Source: a virus
Taxonomy: Duplodnaviria > Caudoviricetes
Reading direction: 5' to 3' (one strand)
IMG/VR virus record: IMGVR_UViG_3300007754_000852
Length of the DNA stretch: 64,000 bases
The position numbers and the translations under genes were made by a program. This document shows, piece by piece, positions 56,994 through 64,000 of this stretch. The notes below the pieces were generated by a model. That model was not told the origin of the DNA. It was given only the letters and a program-made list of their open reading frames with translations, and made no database searches. Position 1 is the stretch's first letter, and every line of letters begins with the position of its first letter.

Positions 56994-57462
56994 CCACACT
57001 GTGTCCGAGACCAAATGCTGCGTGCGGATCTATGCTTCCCAAATCAGAAATGCTTATTTGACCTGTAGCTTTCCAGCTATCATGAGACTCACGAGGGTGT
57101 GCTTCATCGCATGATTGTCCTTCATGATCGCTGTGAAGTACTTCCATCCCAGTATCATTATCATAATCTTCATATTCTTGCTCACCAGAAAGACTATCAA
57201 CAACACCTTCAAGAGCAGATCTAGTAGCTGGACAAGACGTATCATTTGCTATAGCCATGACAGCCTTAAGCGCCTCTTGTCTAGTAAGTGGTGATCCAGG
57301 TCCATCATCAGGTAGCACATCTGGTGAAACTCTAGACATAAGACTGACCTCACCATGTCCAGGGTCTTCAGCTCCAGCTGCACAAGGTCCGCACATCTCT
57401 ATCAAGATATTATTAACTTCGTTCAGTATTAGATTTTTGAACTGTCTTTTAGTTATTCTCAC
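56950..57462 (-). CDS. Acidic hypothetical protein with MRITKRQFKNLILNE leader (putative internal head protein)
   Basis: GTG start with GGAGAG SD; N-terminal motif shared with two neighbours. Confidence 0.65.
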   Translation of the reverse strand: MRITKRQFKNLILNEVNNILIEMCGPCAAGAEDPGHGEVSLMSRVSPDVLPDDGPGSPLTRQEALKAVMAIANDTSCPATRSALEGVVDSLSGEQEYEDYDNDTGMEVLHSDHEGQSCDEAHPRESHDSWKATGQISISDLGSIDPHAAFGLGHSVGSGKKEEQPQVHWN

Positions 57463-57736
57463 GATCTCTCCAGCTTAATGATCCACCAGGAATTTTTCTT
57501 GATCCTGGAAAAGGCTCTGTTACAAATTCTTCTTTTTCTTCTTCGCTTGGTCTATATGACCCGGGATTAAGTATATCAGCAGCATAAACTATAATCTTAT
57601 ATGCCTCTTCTTTGCTCCACTCAGATGATAACGTTGATGCGAGATTCTCAGATGCCTGAAGGATTTCATATTCTTTATCCGAATCCTCATAAACCTCTTT
57701 AATGATTCTTTGAAGCATTTTTTGTGAGACTTTCAT
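57449..57736 (-). CDS. Acidic hypothetical protein with MKVSQKMLQRIIKE leader
   Basis: Probable ATG 57736; shared N-terminal motif. Confidence 0.65.
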   Translation of the reverse strand: MKVSQKMLQRIIKEVYEDSDKEYEILQASENLASTLSSEWSKEEAYKIIVYAADILNPGSYRPSEEEKEEFVTEPFPGSRKIPGGSLSWRDRENN

Positions 57737-57743
57737 GATATGA

Positions 57744-58151
57744 TTATATTTCTCCCTCATCATACCCTAGTACGGTTCTATGAATCATGCTACTGAGCGC
57801 TGTGTCGAATCCCTCTTGTATCTCTATTTCTCTAGGCCATGATTCTTCACCAGTACTTGATGAGTGAACAATATGTCTGACCTTCATATATGCCCTCGCT
57901 ATTGGATCAATTGAGCTTCTAGCCTCTGACTGAAGAATGTTCATAGTTACATTAAAAGCTTCATCAGATAGCGCTCCCCATTTTTCTCTGGATCGTTTTT
58001 CTTCTTCTCGTCTTTCTAGTGATCGTATCGCTTCAGGTTCTGGTGCATCAAATATACTAGCACTTTCAGACTCACCTGCGACCTCTTCACTCTCTATTTC
58101 TTCAAATGCCTCTAGAATGATTTTCCTAAGTTCATTTTTTGTGACTCTCAC
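57744..58151 (-). CDS. Acidic hypothetical protein with MRVTKNELRKIILE leader
   Basis: GTG 58151 with GGAGAT SD; shared N-terminal motif. Confidence 0.65.
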   Translation of the reverse strand: MRVTKNELRKIILEAFEEIESEEVAGESESASIFDAPEPEAIRSLERREEEKRSREKWGALSDEAFNVTMNILQSEARSSIDPIARAYMKVRHIVHSSSTGEESWPREIEIQEGFDTALSSMIHRTVLGYDEGEI

Positions 58152-58317
58152 AGCTATCTCCAAAAAGTAATTCAGATATAACTATTTACTTCACAATGAA
58201 ATAATATGATGTCAATATGCTTATTGTACCATTATACAGCTAGTGATTGTGACAGCCCACGATATGAAAAGTATTGTACCAAGAACAGCTGCAAATAGAG
58301 ACTCACTATCAACTTTT

Positions 58318-58641
58318 TTATCGTGTGTGTCTGTGATGACTATGTCCCTGCCTGTGGTGGTTGTGTCCCTGTCTGTGATAATGTCGATTAGCTGGCGGAC
58401 CCTGCTTATGTGTTCTATATGATTTACCAAGTGACTTGTGATTCCAATAGCCCCCGTTCCATCTATATTTTCTAACGATAGTGTTTTTTCCTACACCGTA
58501 TTTTAGATATGACCAGTAACCAGGAACCCAGATCCACCCGGATTGAACGCTGACTGAAACTCCACTTCTAGCTGATGTGTGAGCGTGTGCTGAACAGCTA
58601 GTTCCAAAAAAACTAAGGGCAGCTAATAGCATAAACTTCAT
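58318..58641 (-). CDS. Secreted/lipoprotein-like protein with WxxGxW-type repeats and His-rich tail
   Basis: Signal peptide MKFMLLAALSFFGTSC, WVPGYW, WNGGYW and HRQGHNHHRQGHSHH. Confidence 0.6.
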   Translation of the reverse strand: MKFMLLAALSFFGTSCSAHAHTSARSGVSVSVQSGWIWVPGYWSYLKYGVGKNTIVRKYRWNGGYWNHKSLGKSYRTHKQGPPANRHYHRQGHNHHRQGHSHHRHTR

Positions 58642-58681
58642 GTTAAACTCCTATATATGATGCTTACATATATTATAAGCT

Positions 58682-58909
58682 TTAGGGCTGCCTTTCATTC
58701 AATTTTTTATTAAAAAAGTTTATTTTTTCTTCTTCAAGCCTGTCTGCTAGCCTTATAACATTAGTAGAAAATGTTTCTGTAAACAGAAATGGAACTATTG
58801 CGTGAATCACGCTAACAAAAAGCATCATTGCTGACCACACAGCAAATCCAAAAGATCTGTAGAAGTGTCCTAGATATGTCATGTCCGTATCTTTTAAATG
58901 TTTAAACAA
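58682..58909 (-). CDS. DUF6356-like small membrane protein
   Basis: HLKDTDMTYLGHF...IHAIVPFLF...S pattern recalled for this family. Confidence 0.6.
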   Translation of the reverse strand: MFKHLKDTDMTYLGHFYRSFGFAVWSAMMLFVSVIHAIVPFLFTETFSTNVIRLADRLEEEKINFFNKKLNERQP

Positions 58910-58949
58910 AATTTTACCTTTTATTTTATAACTATTTCACTAAGATATA

Positions 58950-59648
58950 AAAAGGGCCGGTCGAAAGACCGGCCCTAGATGGGGGAAAAGCGCAGCATAC
59001 CTCGCTTTTCATTCTCGTGACCCTCAACTCCGCTTGAATTCGAAGCTGTCCCTTTTGGTTAGAGGTGCACACACCGACCTGTAAAGCCGTTCACGAGCTT
59101 TCTCCCTGTTCTTAGGCTGTAATACCTACGGAACAGCACGCCCTACTATCGCCATGACATTCTGCGTTCTCTTGAGTGAGCTGTACACTTCACCTCGTGA
59201 TCGCGCGCCCTGCTTCCAAACCTTGGGAGCATATCCACAGGACCCCTTTCGGGACGGTGGTCTTGTTGCCAATTCCACCAGAGAGACTTCTGTCACCGAC
59301 AGTTAGATTCTGAAGAGAGTTAACCCTTCTTCCCAAGACATCATAGCCTTTCGGCTTCTTGGATTGCCCTTGTCCCGTTTCCACGATGAACCTACAAGTC
59401 CATGGATACCCTCGGTAGCACTTCCCTAGCGGAATAGGGACTCATACCTTAGGCCACTGAACGACTTCGAAAGTTCCACCTTCCTTAACTCGTCCCTCCT
59501 CTTAGTGAAGCGGCATGACGTAAGAACGTCACCTTCTCCATCGGAGTTTTCTCTATCCTAATACCAAAAGATATTAGATCCAGGAGCCAGTAACTCCACC
59601 TGGATTTTTGGACCCGAGAACATGGGTCACATAAATTTTCAAAGAACT
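58950..59648 (-). ncRNA. Large (~700 nt) highly structured non-coding RNA, GOLLD/ROOL-like size class, family unassigned
   Basis: No credible ORF, visibly more GC-rich than its flanks, with many hairpins (GCC-GAAA-GGC, CCC-GAAA-GGG, TCCCTA/TAGGGA, CTGTC/GACAG) and long-range helices. Has its own promoter, boxA-like leader and terminator. Confidence 0.75.
58954..58975 (-). terminator. Rho-independent terminator ending the ncRNA
   Basis: GGGCCGGTC-(TTTC on minus)-GACCGGCCC perfect 9-bp stem, then TTTTT on the minus strand. Confidence 0.9.
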
Positions 59649-59682
59649 ATAGAAGTATATACCTTCTACTTCTGTTGTACAA
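59636..59682 (-). promoter_or_regulatory. Sigma70-like promoter (TTGTAC-17-TATACT) followed by boxA-like GTTCTTTGAAAA
   Basis: -35 at 59677-59682, -10 at 59654-59659 and boxA-like element at 59636-59647, directly ahead of the structured RNA. Confidence 0.7.
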
Positions 59683-59684
59683 AA

Positions 59685-60239
59685 TTATACATCTTGTCTC
59701 TGCGATGTTTTAATGCCCGCGATTCTTTGCTTTTCTCTATATTCTGGTGTTCTAAGTGTGGCACATCTCTCATCATAGTTATCCTTCCATCTCTTTTTTG
59801 CAGCTCGGCTATAGTTTTCTCTATGTGTGGCAGTTCTAACCTTTCCATAGTTTGGAGAATTAATTCCTTTTTTGCCATACATGCCGTTATTTTTACCTAT
59901 TGATGAGTGGCCTGAAACGTATTTCGCGAAACCTCCTTTGTTATATCTTACTTTCTCTCCGCAGCCACACTTGCACACGGGCCATTTGCCATCGTGATTA
60001 AACTTAACAATATAGTCTACAAACTCTACCTGATGTTCTTTTCTTACGTGTCTTGCGAGAACATTGTTTGTATTTGCAACTCGTTTATTGCAGATATTAC
60101 AAGACAATTTAAACTCAACACTCTTGTCATATAGCTTTTCTGCAATATCCTTATGCCAATAACCGATATGCGACCCTATTGATCTTTTTGTATTGCTTAG
60201 CAGTTTATCGCAGTATTCACACTTTACTTTTTCTACCAT
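59685..60239 (-). CDS. Zn-finger/NUMOD3 DNA-binding protein; likely a truncated homing endonuclease with no nuclease domain
   Basis: CEYC..H..H, CNIC..H..H, CKCGCG, and NGMYGKK/NYGKVRTATHRENYS (NUMOD3-like). No HNH, GIY-YIG or PD-(D/E)XK motif before the stop. Confidence 0.65.
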   Translation of the reverse strand: MVEKVKCEYCDKLLSNTKRSIGSHIGYWHKDIAEKLYDKSVEFKLSCNICNKRVANTNNVLARHVRKEHQVEFVDYIVKFNHDGKWPVCKCGCGEKVRYNKGGFAKYVSGHSSIGKNNGMYGKKGINSPNYGKVRTATHRENYSRAAKKRWKDNYDERCATLRTPEYREKQRIAGIKTSQRQDV

Positions 60240-60303
60240 ATTTACCTCTACATAGTAATAATATAGTATGAATAGATTTTTGTAAACTACTTAAAATAAA
60301 AAA

Positions 60304-60325
60304 GGAGGGAGCAAAAGCTCCCTCC
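60304..60325 (-). terminator. Rho-independent terminator after the major capsid gene
   Basis: GGAGGGAGC-4-GCTCCCTCC stem with a T-run on the minus strand. Confidence 0.88.
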
Positions 60326-60347
60326 CCGTTCATTAGATGAACTTTTT

Positions 60348-62279
60348 CTAGATCACATTGAGATCAAGCACCGTCACAGTGCCGTAGAAGTCAGCACGAA
60401 CCATCTTTTTGCCGTATCGAGTCATCACTCCCTTGCGAGGCGTGAAATCCTCTGGAGCAAAGATCGTCGGTGTGACAATTAATGGTACGTACGGAGCGTA
60501 AACGTATCCTGTCTCAAGGTAGCTACCGCCCTTATAACCAACAAGAACCTTGTTGCGTGGGAAGTAGGGGTCCTTATAGACCGTGAAACGGTTGCTCAGC
60601 GTACCGACCGGAGCTGCACCGAGTGTGAACGGATTACCAACCTGACCGTCGCCGTCAAGACTGTAGTTAGGCTTGTAAAGAACTGATGCCTCGAATACCG
60701 TTGACACCTCAGGTGAGCAAACGATGAAGTTTGCAGAACCGCGAAGAGTCTTACGGTGAATCTCATTAGCGACATCGATGATCGTCTCAACTAGCGTCTC
60801 ATACCACTCACGGACCGTACCTGTGAAGCTAGGACCGGAAGCTAGAGTGCTAGAAAGAGTAGCCTCTGTACCGTTTGTCTTGTTAACGAACTTACCTGGC
60901 ATGCGTGACCAGTAGTAGTTAGCACCTGCTGCCTCGACCAGGAGATCGTTTAGGATCTCACGGTCGATCTCAAGAGCTACCTGCTCAGAGAGGATCTGTG
61001 TTAGCTCGACCTCAGCATCCATGCTGTGGTAGGCGTTAAGATCCTGTGCGAGCTCTGGTGACCAGCGAGCACGTAGCTTGCGTGTCTGAGCTGTTACAGC
61101 GATTGACTCGATCTTGATGTCGATCTCAGGGATCGCCGGGGAGGGCGATGACGCGAAATCAGACTCAAACGATGGAATCGTGAGAGCAGAGCCGTCAGAT
61201 GTATCGATGTCAAGTGACGCAGCCAATGCGTATGATGCAGTTAGGTTAGCAACACCAGCCGGATGGGCCTTGTGAGATCCTGTAACAACAACAAGAAGAG
61301 CGGCATTTGCAGACGTTCTTCCAATGAGAGGATCTGACGTGAACTGACCGTTAGCATATGTTCCCACCTGGTTCAGACGTCTGACGTTAACAAGGTTCTT
61401 GCCACCCTGAACTGACTCAGGTACGGCTGAAAGACCGTTTCCGCCTCCGCCTTGATCTGAACCGAGGTCAGCATCTGTGAACAGTGAGACATCCTTAGCC
61501 TGTGTTGTATCCATAGAGTTGAACACTGAGGAGGCTAGATCAAGAATCACGAACTGGAACTCACCAGTTGTGTTCTGTGCTGTGTCATCGTCAATGAGGT
61601 TTGTTAGCTGTGGATCGAACTGTAGAAGTCGACCGTCAGTACCCGTTGATGCACAGACGCGACCATCTTGTAACGTTGAGTTACCCTGGAAGGCACCTGA
61701 TGCCAAGACGTTTGATGTCTGAACAATAGATGAGCTGTGAACCTTGGTATACGATGTTCCAACTAGATCATACTGACCACCGACAGCCAAAGATCCGCTT
61801 TGGACACCCTTGCCTGTGGGGTTGTTGTAGATCGACTGACCCTTACCGTATGTCTGCGCATTTGCTGCACCTGCGGCACCTGTCTGGAGATTTGAATCAC
61901 CGCCGATGCGGGTTCCATATGTGTAATCCAGATAGAAGAGCAGACCAGAGGGAAGGCTCATAGGCTGAATTGATACCAACTCATTAGATACGAGACCACC
62001 GAAGACCCTGCGGACGATCGGGAAGGCGATGTTTGTGAAACCACGAAGATCGCCAGATGTTGTCATGTTTGCTGCGCCTGTTGACAGAGAGTTTTGCTCT
62101 CTTAACAGCTGTGCAGCCTGATTCTCAAGAAGTCGAGACATGATCTCTCTATTGTGATCAGCGAGACCACGAAGAAGACCTGTTCTAGACCACTTTTCAA
62201 TCAGTCGTTGACCTTCAGCACCGACATTTCTCTGCCTGATGCCTTCTGTCAACTGTTCTAGTGTAAATGATTTTGCCAT
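60348..62279 (-). CDS. Major capsid protein (T4 gp23-like)
   Basis: IVRRVFG...LVSIQPMSLPSGLLFYLD, TRKLRARWSPELAQDL, EIDREIL and YAPYVPL...FTPRKGVMTRY. Confidence 0.97.
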   Translation of the reverse strand: MAKSFTLEQLTEGIRQRNVGAEGQRLIEKWSRTGLLRGLADHNREIMSRLLENQAAQLLREQNSLSTGAANMTTSGDLRGFTNIAFPIVRRVFGGLVSNELVSIQPMSLPSGLLFYLDYTYGTRIGGDSNLQTGAAGAANAQTYGKGQSIYNNPTGKGVQSGSLAVGGQYDLVGTSYTKVHSSSIVQTSNVLASGAFQGNSTLQDGRVCASTGTDGRLLQFDPQLTNLIDDDTAQNTTGEFQFVILDLASSVFNSMDTTQAKDVSLFTDADLGSDQGGGGNGLSAVPESVQGGKNLVNVRRLNQVGTYANGQFTSDPLIGRTSANAALLVVVTGSHKAHPAGVANLTASYALAASLDIDTSDGSALTIPSFESDFASSPSPAIPEIDIKIESIAVTAQTRKLRARWSPELAQDLNAYHSMDAEVELTQILSEQVALEIDREILNDLLVEAAGANYYWSRMPGKFVNKTNGTEATLSSTLASGPSFTGTVREWYETLVETIIDVANEIHRKTLRGSANFIVCSPEVSTVFEASVLYKPNYSLDGDGQVGNPFTLGAAPVGTLSNRFTVYKDPYFPRNKVLVGYKGGSYLETGYVYAPYVPLIVTPTIFAPEDFTPRKGVMTRYGKKMVRADFYGTVTVLDLNVI

Positions 62280-62323
62280 TATCTTTCCTTGTTAAGCAGT
62301 TGTTAAGTTATTTACCTGTTATT

Positions 62324-63727
62324 TTACTTTAACCCAGCAAGCTTAGCCCATCGTGAAACCTCTGTTGCCTCTGATAGCTGAGCTGATGCTCGTTTCGTCG
62401 GCCTTGAGGAAGCACCAAGTGTTCTTCTTGCTGTTGATTCTGATAGATTCTCTGACTTGCCTTTTGAAAGTGATTCCGTCAGGCTCTTGTATAGCAGCTT
62501 CACCTCTCTTAAGCTTCTCGCATCATCAAGAGACTCGATGATTGATTTCCTCTGTGTCGATGAGACATTTGGATTTTGAAGAAGCTTATTTACGTAAAGA
62601 AGCTTTGCGTTAAACAAATTCAGATCTGTCAACTGCTCACGAAGTGTTTCAACGGCACTTCTGTATTCGTTGAGCTTATTTTTAAGAGCTCGATTCTGAC
62701 GGCTCTCATTGCTAAGACTGCGCTTTAATTTTCGCATCTCTTTTAGAACGTTAATATCCTTGTCACCTAGCTCGAGTGCATCCTTGCCGGCTTTGCCGCC
62801 GCCGAAGTGATGGGCCATTGCCTTGGCCTCGCCCTCAGAGAGCTGGTCACGTAATTTCTTTAGCTCAGATCGAAGAGCACCTTCATCGATCTCATATAAG
62901 ACATCATCCTCTTCCTCAAGATCAGGTAGGTCAGGTAGGTCAGGTAGATCATCCTCCTCTCCTTCCACATCTTCAGGTTCTTCAACTGATTCAACATCAC
63001 CATCCTCTCCTTCCTCATCCTCAACAACACTTACACTTGCTGTTGATAATGCATCACGAAGATCATCAGACAGCTCAACATCACCAAGGTCTAGCTCAAG
63101 GCTCACCTCGTCTAAGCTGTTTTCTGTTAGGTTAAACTCCTTCTCAAGAGCGTTTAGGTCAATTTCATAAAGGACATCGTCATTTTTAGACATATCTTGA
63201 TTCTCCATTTGTGAATCGTCTTGAATATTTATTACTTCACTGTTAAAAAGGTCAGCATTTTCATTAAATTTATTAGCAATAGCTAATAGCTTCTTTTTCT
63301 CATCATCGCATAAGCAGTCAAATGTCTCATTAACAGCAGATCTCATTGCATCTTCCGTCACATCAGAAGACATTGCCTCTGCGGCCTCATTGCCACCTAA
63401 CAACTCAACTAAGGACATCAAGGCCGTCTCATCAAGAGAAACCTCATCTAGATCATCCTCATACACAGGAAGAGGCCTTGTTATCTCATCAACATCGTCT
63501 CCGCCGCCTGGATTTTCAATAGAGTCGTCATCATCGTCAGATGAGCCTGTAAGAACATGGCTGTCATCATCATCAGAATCACTGTTCTCACTAACAAGCT
63601 GTTCCTCTATGAACTTTCTAATTTTTGGTGTAACAGCCTCGATAATAGCATTTTTTGCATTTTGTTCCGCTGTCTCACGGAGCATTCTTGCCTCAGCTAT
63701 TGCCTCATCGTAAAGTGACTTTGACAT
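62324..63727 (-). CDS. Prohead core scaffolding protein (gp22-like)
   Basis: Very acidic; LNLFNAKLLYVNKLL and LREVKLLYKSLTESL; directly upstream of the capsid gene. Probable ATG 63727. Confidence 0.8.
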   Translation of the reverse strand: MSKSLYDEAIAEARMLRETAEQNAKNAIIEAVTPKIRKFIEEQLVSENSDSDDDDSHVLTGSSDDDDDSIENPGGGDDVDEITRPLPVYEDDLDEVSLDETALMSLVELLGGNEAAEAMSSDVTEDAMRSAVNETFDCLCDDEKKKLLAIANKFNENADLFNSEVINIQDDSQMENQDMSKNDDVLYEIDLNALEKEFNLTENSLDEVSLELDLGDVELSDDLRDALSTASVSVVEDEEGEDGDVESVEEPEDVEGEEDDLPDLPDLPDLEEEDDVLYEIDEGALRSELKKLRDQLSEGEAKAMAHHFGGGKAGKDALELGDKDINVLKEMRKLKRSLSNESRQNRALKNKLNEYRSAVETLREQLTDLNLFNAKLLYVNKLLQNPNVSSTQRKSIIESLDDARSLREVKLLYKSLTESLSKGKSENLSESTARRTLGASSRPTKRASAQLSEATEVSRWAKLAGLK

Positions 63728-63770
63728 TTTTTCCCTCGTCATTACTTAATTATTATGCAAATTAATAAAA

Positions 63771-64000
63771 TTACTCATCTTCATCATCTAGAAGCATCAG
63801 TATTCTAATGTGTTGTTTTATTAATGATCTCTCATCATCACTCAAGATGTCAGATATTTCAAATGCACTTATGTCATCATCAACAGGATCATTCACTGGT
63901 GCTCTTGATGTTCCATATACAGTGCCAGTTCTTTTTGGTGGGCCTGTTGTTCTAAATGCCTGACCTGAACCGCCTGTTCCGATTGGCGGGCCGCTGAAGC
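63771..64000 (-). CDS. C-terminal part of a hypothetical protein (5' end outside the window)
   Basis: Open frame FSGPPIGTGGSGQAFRTTGPPKRTG...LLDDEDE, ending TAA at 63771-63773. Confidence 0.6.
   Translation of the reverse strand, partial: FSGPPIGTGGSGQAFRTTGPPKRTGTVYGTSRAPVNDPVDDDISAFEISDILSDDERSLIKQHIRILMLLDDEDE

Noticed and set aside
58221-58430. 69-aa ORF with a hydrophobic tail
   Set aside because: It overlaps the His-rich gene by 113 bp and lacks a clear start for the non-overlapping part, so it is too weak to call.
59190-59384. 64-aa ORF inside the structured RNA
   Set aside because: No SD or recognisable motif, and it lies in sequence better explained by base pairing. A short peptide cannot be fully excluded.
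58950-59648. tmRNA, RNase P RNA, group II intron or tRNA cluster as the identity of the structured region
   Set aside because: No tRNA-like T-arm/CCA end on the transcribed strand, no GAGGAAAGUCC-type P4, no GUGYG start or domain V, and no cloverleafs seen.
59666-59878. 70-aa ORF as a frameshifted continuation of the Zn-finger gene
   Set aside because: It overlaps the main ORF almost entirely, ends 19 bp after it, and contains no nuclease motif.
1-64000. Stop-codon reassignment (alternative genetic code)
   Set aside because: Conserved genes are full length in code 11, and TAA, TAG and TGA all end genes at the expected C-termini.

Overview
64 kb of a large T4-like (myovirus, probably jumbo) dsDNA phage genome in the standard genetic code, with nearly all genes on the minus strand. 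In transcription order (high to low coordinates): prohead scaffold and gp23-like major capsid protein; a truncated homing-endonuclease-like ORF; a ~700-nt structured non-coding RNA with its own promoter, boxA-like leader and terminator; small head-associated proteins; neck genes; two tail sheath paralogs; tail tube; hub/chaperone, tape measure and baseplate genes; a replication block (compact family A polymerase, HD-like protein, SSB, recA, flap nuclease, helicase, class II RNR, ClpP); thioesterase and endolysin; very long Gly/Ser/Thr-repeat fibre genes; and an accessory block (J-domain protein, MBD4-like glycosylase, metallophosphoesterase, dUTPase-like, nucleotidase, divergent ThyX, NDT-family enzyme, DnaJ). 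Two highlights. (1) recA is broken twice within five codons, by an atypically split intein and by a group I intron carrying an EDxHD-type endonuclease, so mature RecA would need both RNA cis-splicing and protein trans-splicing. (2) The large ornate ncRNA downstream of the capsid gene. All family assignments come from motif recognition by eye; no database searches or folding programs were run. No tRNA, rRNA or CRISPR array was seen.
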